Source: Candidatus Iainarchaeum sp. (GTDB lineage Archaea > Iainarchaeota > Iainarchaeia > JAGGVJ01). From it: DNA of 16,328 nt. The stretch spans positions 1 to 16,328 of the forward strand of contig JAGGVJ010000021.1 in the NCBI GenBank assembly GCA_021158055.1, in the 5' to 3' direction. Positions 1 to 7,208 of the stretch are shown one piece after another (within the stretch, counting starts at the first letter, position 1; the number at the start of each line of letters is the position of its first letter). Position numbers and translations under genes: made by a program. The notes under the pieces were generated by a model. That model ran no database searches, was not told the DNA's origin, and saw only the letters and a program-made list of their open reading frames with translations.

Positions 1-1
1 G

Positions 2-256
2 AAACTTTTTTACTTTTGTTCCGCTGCCTATCAGCTTCCTCATGTGTTTTTGAGCGGTTTCAGGTTCAGAATCCCCTTCACCGACCACGCACGCCGTGGA
101 CGCAAGAATTTTTTTGGTTTCAGTGTTCACGGTTATAGTAACGTGCACGTATTTTTTGTGCCTGCCGCCATACATGCTGGTTTTATACTCTCCCCTGTTT
201 GTCATTTTTATTCCCGTGCCGTCTGAAGTGACGCTTACAAAACCCTTTTCAGGGAC
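2..256 (-). mobile_element. IS5-family DDE transposase fragment; N-terminal part missing, runs off the left edge of the window
   Basis: My translation of the minus frame containing ATG 205-203 gives PEKGFVSVTSDGTGIKMTNRGEYKTSMYGGRHKKYVHVTITVNTETKKILASTACVVGEGDSEPETAQKHMRKLIGSGTKVKKF. This matches the IS5 pattern D(S/G)TG.K..N.GE...K.h.h.V...TK.IL.....D, with the first catalytic Asp at 223-221. The frame has no stop before the window edge, which explains its absence from the ORF track. Upstream the frame is open to a TAA at 382-380, but I see no transposase resemblance beyond about 256. Confidence 0.8.
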
Positions 257-2120
257 TAAAGCCAAAGTTTCAGATGCGGTTCTGGTTGATTTAAGAACGG
301 ATTCGTTTATATCCGCATTGCCGCAGGTTACATACGGCAGGAACAACCTGGAAATTGAGCCGGTTTTCGGCAGTGTTTTTTACACTGACCTGAATGAAAT
401 CCCGTTTGACAGGATCTGCGGGGAATACACATTGGATCTGATAATGAAATATAACGGTGACTTAAATTATATTTCACTCACTCAAAAAGGATTCCATGAA
501 TCGCCGGCCAGCTGCGAAGTTACCCTTGAAAACATGGGAAACACACTAAATTCACTGAACACATTTGTCGTAACAGACAATTACCTGCTTGAAGAAGACA
601 TCAAGCCATTGCTTGCGGGAGCAATTCCCCTGACAAACATGCTCTTGACAGACGACGTGCCTCTTGATGACCTGTCTTTTGCAGACACGATCAAACTGCT
701 GAAAAACAAATCAGGCCTGACTCCGAAAACAATAATCCTGATTGACCCGGACGCAGAGCGAAACAATATTTCTGTCGAAAGATTGTTCCTGAATTTATTC
801 AGGATCCACATTGAGGCGGTAAACCGAGAAAAAGCAGCGAACCTGTTTGAATTTGTAATCATGTCCGGTTCAGAAAGCCCGATGTCGTTTTCAGATCTTA
901 AAATGGTTCTCGGCAGCAAACTAGGTTTCAGCAGGCATGAAATTGGGGATTTGATTGATGTTGATGGTTATTTGGCCAGGGTTGCGGATATTCAGCCGAC
1001 TTTTGCTGGCGGTAAAAATGAGGTTGTTTTTGAGTTGTTTGACGGCAGCGTGCCTATTGCTGTGTTTCCTGAAATGAGCCGGGTTGTTGAGGGGAGCGGA
1101 ACTGATTTCGGCGGCATTACTGGCAGCAGGTTGGTTGTTAAAGATGCGTTTAGCGGCGGTCTGGAAGAAAAACCTTATGTAGTCACGTGTGTTGAGAGGA
1201 AGTCTTCGGTTCCAAAAAACCACAAGTACGGAAACGGTGATGTAATTGATGTAGCAAGTGTTGACGGATACCTGATTGAAGTATCTGACATTGAAAGTTT
1301 TGTCTTCAAAAAAGACGGTGTCTTTTTGACGCTGCTTGACAATGACATAATAATTGACCGGGTGTTTGTCAAAGAAGGTGAAAAAACCGATTTCAACGGA
1401 ATTCTTGACAGCAATGTTTTTGTCTATCATGCTGTCCCTCGCGGTAACGAATTAACAAGTTATGCGGTTTTGTTTGTGGAAAGCAAGTCAATTGTTCTAA
1501 AACGCAACTGCGACTACGGTGACAGGTTGTCTTCAGACAGGTTGGGCATTAAAGATGTTATTGAAGGCATTGGAGAATATTCAGTGGAATTTTCAGACGC
1601 TGATATTGAGGTTGGTTTAATCAGCAAACACAACGAGGAGTACATTTACCTGACTTTGCTTAAAGGCGAAGAGATTATAGCCGAGGAAAAAATATTTTAT
1701 AACGATCACGGGTTCCAAACCGCAACTGATTTCAACGGGATTTTAGACAGCAATGTGATTGTCACACGCTTGTACGTTGGATGTGAGGGAGGGTCTGAAG
1801 CAGGTATTATTGTCGAGAAAAAATCAGTTGGAAAAACAAACATTGTAATCGACAGCAACAAGATGAAAGTAGGCGAGGAAATTGAAATTGACAACAATTA
1901 CAAGGTGCTGCTCAAAGAAGTCTACAGGGGCATGTATTATGGAGAACACGCTGTTTTGGTGTTGTTTAAGGACATGGAGGAAATCAGCAAAAAACCAATA
2001 AAAGACGGCGAATCAACAGACTTTGACGGTCTTGCAGATTTCCATGTAACTGTTCTTGACATGTTCATCGATGCTTTCGAAGATAATTACGCAACCGTAA
2101 ACATTGACTATAAGCATTGA
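96..2120 (+). CDS. Hypothetical protein with four C-terminal ~90-aa beta-rich repeats (S-layer-domain-like); true start uncertain, probably 5'-truncated near 256
   Basis: 674-codon open frame. The repeats share G(D/E).I....Y....D/E.....h.L.L......h..G..TDF.Gh....h.V......h..V(E)..S. The first ~53 codons overlap the transposase fragment in antisense. In-frame ATGs occur at 174 and 444. Confidence 0.7.
   Translation: MDARIFLVSVFTVIVTCTYFLCLPPYMLVLYSPLFVIFIPVPSEVTLTKPFSGTKAKVSDAVLVDLRTDSFISALPQVTYGRNNLEIEPVFGSVFYTDLNEIPFDRICGEYTLDLIMKYNGDLNYISLTQKGFHESPASCEVTLENMGNTLNSLNTFVVTDNYLLEEDIKPLLAGAIPLTNMLLTDDVPLDDLSFADTIKLLKNKSGLTPKTIILIDPDAERNNISVERLFLNLFRIHIEAVNREKAANLFEFVIMSGSESPMSFSDLKMVLGSKLGFSRHEIGDLIDVDGYLARVADIQPTFAGGKNEVVFELFDGSVPIAVFPEMSRVVEGSGTDFGGITGSRLVVKDAFSGGLEEKPYVVTCVERKSSVPKNHKYGNGDVIDVASVDGYLIEVSDIESFVFKKDGVFLTLLDNDIIIDRVFVKEGEKTDFNGILDSNVFVYHAVPRGNELTSYAVLFVESKSIVLKRNCDYGDRLSSDRLGIKDVIEGIGEYSVEFSDADIEVGLISKHNEEYIYLTLLKGEEIIAEEKIFYNDHGFQTATDFNGILDSNVIVTRLYVGCEGGSEAGIIVEKKSVGKTNIVIDSNKMKVGEEIEIDNNYKVLLKEVYRGMYYGEHAVLVLFKDMEEISKKPIKDGESTDFDGLADFHVTVLDMFIDAFEDNYATVNIDYKH
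936..2117 (+). repeat. Four tandem intragenic protein repeats (TDFGGI / TDFNGI / TDFNGI / TDFDGL cores)
   Basis: Visible in the translation. At DNA level 1389-1417 and 1728-1756 match at 26 of 29 positions (both encode DFNGILDSNV). Confidence 0.85.
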
Positions 2121-2151
2121 TTGCAGGTATTGAATATTGAGCCGGCCAAAA

Positions 2152-2168
2152 AAAGAATTAAATTCTTT
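2152..2168. promoter_or_regulatory. Perfect 8-1-8 palindrome upstream of hypE; candidate operator
   Basis: AAAGAATT-A-AATTCTTT lies about 72 bp before the hypE ATG. A second palindrome, AAAACA-GT-TGTTTT, is at 2197-2210. Confidence 0.35.
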
Positions 2169-2240
2169 GCAAGTCATCTTTTTTGCATGGGCAATGAAAA
2201 CAGTTGTTTTTCAAAAGAAGACGGCAAAACAAGAGAAACA

Positions 2241-3302
2241 ATGGCAGAAGCAACAAAAGCACTTCAAGGCAGAATTTCCCTTGCCCACGGGGCAGGCGGA
2301 AAATCAAGCGCGGAACTTTTAGACCTGATTTTTTCAAAAATAGAGCTGAAAAACACGCCCGGCGGAATCGGTATTGACTGCGCGGAAGATTCGGCACTGA
2401 TTAATCTTGTTGACGGCAGCAAAACAATTGCTTTTACAACCGACACTTACACGGTAAAGCCGCTTTTTTTCCCTGGAGCAGACATCGGGTGGCTTTCGGT
2501 TTGCGGAACAGTAAACGACCTTTCTGTCATGGGTGCAAAGCCAGTGGCTGTTTCGTGTTCGCTTGTAATAGAGGAAGGATTTCCGGTTCAAGACCTTGAA
2601 AAAATAATCGGGTCCATGAACCGCGCAAGCAAGACCGCGGGAGTTCCCATTGTTTGCGGGGACACGAAAGTCATGGAAAAAGGAAGCATTGACGGGTTAA
2701 TCATAAACACTGCGGGAATCGGCGAAGTGGCAGACCTGGTAAGGAACAGCGGTGCAAAAGTCGGGGACACTGTCATTGTGTCAGGGCCTGTGGGAGACCA
2801 CGGGATTGCCTTGCTGTCAGTCCGCGAAGGGCTATCCTTTGAAACCTTGCTTGAGTCAGACGCAGCCCCCCTCAATACCCTTATGCAGTCAATACCTTTG
2901 CCTCACGCCGCAAAAGACCCCACCAGAGGCGGGCTTAACTCTGCATTGAATGAAATCGCCCTGAAAAGCTCCATACCTTCTTCTCACGCCCTTGGCAGAG
3001 GGATTGAAATAAGAATTGATGAAGACAAGATTCCGGTCCGAAAAGAAGTGAAGGCGGCGTGCGCAATGCTTGGGCTTGATCCATTGTCTGTCGCGTGCGA
3101 AGGAAGAGTGGTTGTCTGCACTGACAAGCCCACAGAAACACTTGAAGCCATGAAATCACACCCTCTTGGAAAAGGAGCGCAGGCAATCGGGCGCGTGACG
3201 GAAAAAACAGGCAAGAGCAAGGCAGGGGTTTTTCTCAGGACAGCTGAAGGGGGAACCAGGGTTTTAAGGATGCAGGACGAGGTAATTCCAAGAATTTGCT
3301 GA
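2241..3302 (+). CDS. hypE: [NiFe]-hydrogenase maturation protein HypE (carbamoyl dehydratase)
   Basis: Motifs I.LAHGAGG, FTTDTYTVKPLFFPGADIG, GTVNDL, GDTKV, INTAGIG, KDPTRGGL and the diagnostic C-terminal PRIC. I place the start at ATG 2241 (MAEATK) rather than TTG 2121. Confidence 0.97.
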   Translation: MAEATKALQGRISLAHGAGGKSSAELLDLIFSKIELKNTPGGIGIDCAEDSALINLVDGSKTIAFTTDTYTVKPLFFPGADIGWLSVCGTVNDLSVMGAKPVAVSCSLVIEEGFPVQDLEKIIGSMNRASKTAGVPIVCGDTKVMEKGSIDGLIINTAGIGEVADLVRNSGAKVGDTVIVSGPVGDHGIALLSVREGLSFETLLESDAAPLNTLMQSIPLPHAAKDPTRGGLNSALNEIALKSSIPSSHALGRGIEIRIDEDKIPVRKEVKAACAMLGLDPLSVACEGRVVVCTDKPTETLEAMKSHPLGKGAQAIGRVTEKTGKSKAGVFLRTAEGGTRVLRMQDEVIPRIC

Positions 3303-3330
3303 TTGAGTGATTTGGTGTCAAGTGAGTTAA

Positions 3331-5652
3331 ATGAAAATCTTGATAAAAGGGACTGTCCAGGGAGTGGGGTTTCGCCCGCATGTTTTCTCGCTTGCGAAAA
3401 AGCACTCTGTGAAAGGTTTTGTGAGGAACGCGGGGCCAGACGTTGAAATAATCGCAAGCGGCAGCGTTTCAGAAAAATTTCTTGACGGACTTGTTTCGCT
3501 TGCCCCCCCGCTTGCAAAAATAACATCCGTTGAAGTTGACAAAACCGCTTTTGCGCACAGTGAAGATTTCAAAAATTTTGAGATAGTTTCAAGCTGTATT
3601 ATTGACGGAAACAATTTCAGGCTGCCTGTTGACTCGCGTGTCTGCGACAAGTGTCTGGCAGATCTTTCCGAAGCCAAAAACAGGCGGTTCGGTTACTTTT
3701 TGACTGCCTGCACTGACTGCGGTCCGCGTTTTTCAATAGGGGAAAAAGTTCCTTTTGACAGGGGCAACACTTCTTTTTCAGATTTTTCTTTTTGTCCGGA
3801 CTGCGAAAAAGAATTTTCAAATCCAGGTGACCGCAGGTTTTTTGCCCAGACAATCTCCTGCAGGGAATGCGGGCCAAAGCTTGAGCTTGAAGAAAAACAC
3901 GGCGCAAGAACAGCGGGATTTGCGGAAAGAGGAGACGAGATAGAAAAGATAGAAAGGACTGCAGAGCTTTTGAAAAAAGGAAAAGTTGGGCTTGTTAAGG
4001 GCTGGGGGGGATTTCACTTTGTGATGGATGCAACTTCGCCGAACGTGAAGGGTTTCAGGAAGCAAACATTTAGGGGAAACAAGCCGTTTGCGGTGATGGC
4101 AAAAGACCTCAAGTCAGTTGAAGAGTTTGCGCAGCCGACAAAACACGAAAAAAAACTGCTTGAGTCAAAAAAAAGACCCATTGTTCTCGTGGAAAAAAAA
4201 GAAAACAAAGAAAACGCGTTGTCTCTCCAAAACGAAAAATTAAATGAATATGTTTCGCCAAACCTTCACACTGTCGGTGTCATGCTTCCTTATTCACCGC
4301 TTCATTACCTGTTGTTTGAACTGATTGATTTTCCCCTGGTGTACACTTCCGCAAACAAGCCGGGGCTTCCGACAATCGTGTCTGGCGCAGAAGCGCGAGA
4401 GCTTTTCACTGCGGTTGATTCGCCGGTAGATTTTTTGCTTTCAGACAACCTTGAGATAAAAAACCGCTGTGACGATTCTGTTGTCCGGATGCAAGGCGAA
4501 AGGCCTCTTTTTCTGAGGCGAGGCAGGGGAAATGTTCCAGGCATGCAGAAACTTTCATTTAAATTTGAAAAAACAGTTTTTGCGCTTGGGGCAAGGCGCG
4601 ACTGCTCAATTTCCGTTGCTTCAAAAGGCATGCTTTTCCAGGGGCCTTACATCGGAAAAGCAGACTTTTTGGAAGTATCGCAGCAGATGCGCCTGGAGTT
4701 TGAAAAATACGTGTCCTGGTTTGGAAAACCCGATGTTATCGCATGCGATCTTCACCCCCAGTTTGAGTCAACAGTTCTTGCGAAAGAGTTGAGTGAGAAG
4801 TTATCGGTTCCTTTAATCCCTGTGCAACACCACTGCGCGCATTCTTTTTCACCTGTTTTTCACGAGAACGGGTTTTCACCGCAAGATGACTTTGTCTCAA
4901 TAGTGTGCGACGGCACAGGGCTTGGCAGCGACGAAGTTCTCTGGGGCGGGGAGGTGTTTTTGCGCAAAGACGGGGGGTTTGAAAGAGCAGGGCATCTGGC
5001 GCAAAAGCCTTACTTTGGAGATGCTTCCGCGCGGGAGCCGTTGAAAACCGCTGCTTCAATGCTTTTTGAAAACTTTGGTGAGGAAAAAACCTTTGAAGTT
5101 CTTCAAAGAGCTTACGGCAAAGAAGAATCAAAGTTTATCCTGTCATGCCTTGGAAGCGAGGGAAGCGCGACGACAAGCACGGGAAGGGTGCTTGACGCGG
5201 TTTCTGCATTGCTTGGGGTATGCACTAAAGCGACTTTTGAAGGGGAACCGGCAATGCGGCTTGAAAGCTCTGCCTTGGGCGGCGATTCATGCGCTCTTGA
5301 AAAAGAGCTTGAGCTTGAAATATCAAAAAAATCAGGAAAACTAATCCTTGAAACTTTCCCGTTGCTTGACGTTTGTGTCGGTTTTGAAAACAAGGGGATT
5401 TCCGGGAAAGACCTGGCGGCTTCCATTCAAAGAGCCCTCGGGCTCGGCATCGGGAAAGTTGCGCGCGAAGTGATTGAAAGCAACGGGATTGAAAAAGTTG
5501 TTTTAAGCGGGGGAGTGGTGTTTAATTTGGCGTTTGCGAAAGCCGTTGAAGAAGGGACTGGTGGTTCTGCTCAAGTGCTTGTCTGCCGGTGCCCGGGAGA
5601 TGCCGGAATTTCAGCAGGGCAGGCGGTTTGGGCTGCAGGCCTTCGTCTTTAA
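3331..5652 (+). CDS. hypF: Carbamoyltransferase HypF
   Basis: Acylphosphatase domain (GTVQGVGFRP, GFVRN), two zinc fingers (CDKC/CTDC, CPDC/CREC), YrdC-like domain (KGWGGFH, KPFAVM, TSAN, DDSV), Kae1-like domain (DLHP, QHHCAH, DGTG, TSTGRVLDAV, SGGV, GDAGISAGQA). Confidence 0.97.
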   Translation: MKILIKGTVQGVGFRPHVFSLAKKHSVKGFVRNAGPDVEIIASGSVSEKFLDGLVSLAPPLAKITSVEVDKTAFAHSEDFKNFEIVSSCIIDGNNFRLPVDSRVCDKCLADLSEAKNRRFGYFLTACTDCGPRFSIGEKVPFDRGNTSFSDFSFCPDCEKEFSNPGDRRFFAQTISCRECGPKLELEEKHGARTAGFAERGDEIEKIERTAELLKKGKVGLVKGWGGFHFVMDATSPNVKGFRKQTFRGNKPFAVMAKDLKSVEEFAQPTKHEKKLLESKKRPIVLVEKKENKENALSLQNEKLNEYVSPNLHTVGVMLPYSPLHYLLFELIDFPLVYTSANKPGLPTIVSGAEARELFTAVDSPVDFLLSDNLEIKNRCDDSVVRMQGERPLFLRRGRGNVPGMQKLSFKFEKTVFALGARRDCSISVASKGMLFQGPYIGKADFLEVSQQMRLEFEKYVSWFGKPDVIACDLHPQFESTVLAKELSEKLSVPLIPVQHHCAHSFSPVFHENGFSPQDDFVSIVCDGTGLGSDEVLWGGEVFLRKDGGFERAGHLAQKPYFGDASAREPLKTAASMLFENFGEEKTFEVLQRAYGKEESKFILSCLGSEGSATTSTGRVLDAVSALLGVCTKATFEGEPAMRLESSALGGDSCALEKELELEISKKSGKLILETFPLLDVCVGFENKGISGKDLAASIQRALGLGIGKVAREVIESNGIEKVVLSGGVVFNLAFAKAVEEGTGGSAQVLVCRCPGDAGISAGQAVWAAGLRL

Positions 5653-5730
5653 GTACAAATCCGGTTTTCCGGTTTTTTTAAAATTTATATCTTCAAAAGT
5701 AATATAAAGCCATATTCAATAGATGGTGAT

Positions 5731-6255
5731 ATGACAATGACTACCGGTGGTCGAGTTATTGAAATTGTGCAGGATATGGATAGATCCATCTCGGTTATGT
5801 ACAATGCAGGTACCTGGCTTAAAACATCAGGTAAAAAACTTTCAAAGTGGAGGAAACCTGAAAACTTAAACCGCGATTTTTTATTGCAATATGTGAAACC
5901 TGATGAATTCTATGTTGTTCTGGTTAATGGAAGACAAGCAGCAGCTGCTATTCTTCAATTTGATCAAAATAGTCAGGATTGGAAATGTGTTGATAAAAAT
6001 AAAACCATACATGCATTGTATATTCATTGGTTATGTGTTGAACGTGAATATACAAGCACAGGATTGCCAAAAGTAATTATGGATTTTGCTGAACAAAAAG
6101 CGATTGAAAATGGCATCATTTTTTTAAGAGCAGACACTAATGCACAAATTATGAAATTAATGAAAATATATGAAAAATTGGGATTTGATCTGATTTCTAT
6201 AGAACAAAAAGATTATCGTCAAACCGCATTTTACCAGAAACCAGTAAGAAAATAA
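5731..6255 (+). CDS. GNAT-family N-acetyltransferase
   Basis: ALYIHWLCVEREYTSTGL motif A, LRADT, and L..IYEKLGF motif B. GGTGA RBS at 5725-5729. Strongly A/T-ending codons. Confidence 0.88.
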   Translation: MTMTTGGRVIEIVQDMDRSISVMYNAGTWLKTSGKKLSKWRKPENLNRDFLLQYVKPDEFYVVLVNGRQAAAAILQFDQNSQDWKCVDKNKTIHALYIHWLCVEREYTSTGLPKVIMDFAEQKAIENGIIFLRADTNAQIMKLMKIYEKLGFDLISIEQKDYRQTAFYQKPVRK

Positions 6256-6281
6256 GTTACGAGGCAGTCCACTTCAATTTT

Positions 6282-7169
6282 TCATTTCCTTGCAACTTTT
6301 TTCATTGTGGAAGCGTCAATGATTGTTGAAACCGGCTTGTTTTTTTTCCCGCCGTCAATGTAGACCGCAACCCCTTGCCCGAAGTATTCCATTGCTTTTT
6401 TAGCAGTTGTTGCGGGCGGTTTCCCTGTTTTGTTTGCGCTTGTGGCAGTCACCGGGTTCCCGAGCATTGAGATGAGCCTGCACACCCATTTTTCATCAGG
6501 GATTCTCACACCGATTCTTTCAAAACCAACTGCCGCTTCACGCAAAAACTCATTTTTGGGCACAAGCAAAAAAGTAAACGGTCCGGGAAGCTTTTCCTCG
6601 ATTTCTTTTGCGTTTTCTTTTTCAAAAAACCTCCAGAGCATTTTTTTGCCGGAAACAAAAACCGGAAGCGGTTTTTCCAGATTGCGTTCTTTCAAGGCAT
6701 AAATCCGCTTGACTGCCAGCGGGTCGGCCACGTCTGCAAGCATGCCGTAAACCGTGTCGGTCGGTGCCACCACCACAAGCCCGTCTTTCAGGGCGTTTGC
6801 CGCAACACTCAGTGATTTTGAGTCGTCCTGGTTCAGCGCCGCAAGAGACTCCCGGTTTGTTTTGTCTTTTGCTTTTTCAGGGTAAAAGATTCTTTTTTTT
6901 GAATGGTCTCCGAAGTTTACTTTGAACTTTTCGTGTATCTCGCGCTCAAACAGCTCTGCTGAAGGAGAAAACCATTGAAAAGAAGGTGCTTTTTTGCTGC
7001 TTATCCTTACTGCAAGGCTTATCTGGTGGCGCCCGACAAAATGATAAACAAGGTGCAGGGCGTCTGACTCAAATGCGGAAATGTAGGCAAGGCGGTGGTC
7101 GGCGTGAAGTTTTTTTGCCTGCTCAAGCAATTCCTCTTGCGTTACATATTTTAACGACTGCAGTTTCAT
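6282..7169 (-). CDS. Fusion: N-terminal complex I 30-kDa/NuoC-like (EchD/MbhK-type) domain + C-terminal L-threonylcarbamoyladenylate synthase (TsaC/YrdC) domain
   Basis: Residues 1-~98 contain LVYHF and PSF...SPSAELFEREIHEKFKVNFGDH..RIFYPE (30-kDa subunit ERE..D.FG..F.GH motif). Residues ~112-295 contain PTDTVYG, IYALKER..KPL, LPGPFT, GVRIP, TSAN and STII (TsaC). There is no Sua5 C-terminal domain. Confidence 0.85.
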   Translation of the reverse strand: MKLQSLKYVTQEELLEQAKKLHADHRLAYISAFESDALHLVYHFVGRHQISLAVRISSKKAPSFQWFSPSAELFEREIHEKFKVNFGDHSKKRIFYPEKAKDKTNRESLAALNQDDSKSLSVAANALKDGLVVVAPTDTVYGMLADVADPLAVKRIYALKERNLEKPLPVFVSGKKMLWRFFEKENAKEIEEKLPGPFTFLLVPKNEFLREAAVGFERIGVRIPDEKWVCRLISMLGNPVTATSANKTGKPPATTAKKAMEYFGQGVAVYIDGGKKNKPVSTIIDASTMKKVARK

Positions 7170-7208
7170 TTGAAGTCCTTTTCCGTTTTAAGGCAAATCG
7201 TGCAAAGA

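Noticed and set aside
96-255. Apparent signal peptide or TM segment of the 674-aa ORF
   Set aside because: Best explained as the antisense reading of the transposase fragment, not a native export signal.
2121-2240. 40-aa N-terminal extension of HypE from TTG 2121
   Set aside because: HypE homology begins just after ATG 2241, so the extension is probably intergenic.
6282-6836. TsaC domain as a duplicated HypF YrdC-like fragment
   Set aside because: It has TsaC-type PTDTVYG and RIP motifs rather than HypF KGxGGFH, and shows no visible nucleotide similarity to hypF.
6878-6900. A8 run (A AAA AAA) near the end of the NuoC-like domain as a -1 frameshift site giving a free domain (KNLLP-stop)
   Set aside because: Long A runs are common in this window, no stimulatory structure is evident, and the zero frame (RIFYPE) matches the family motif.
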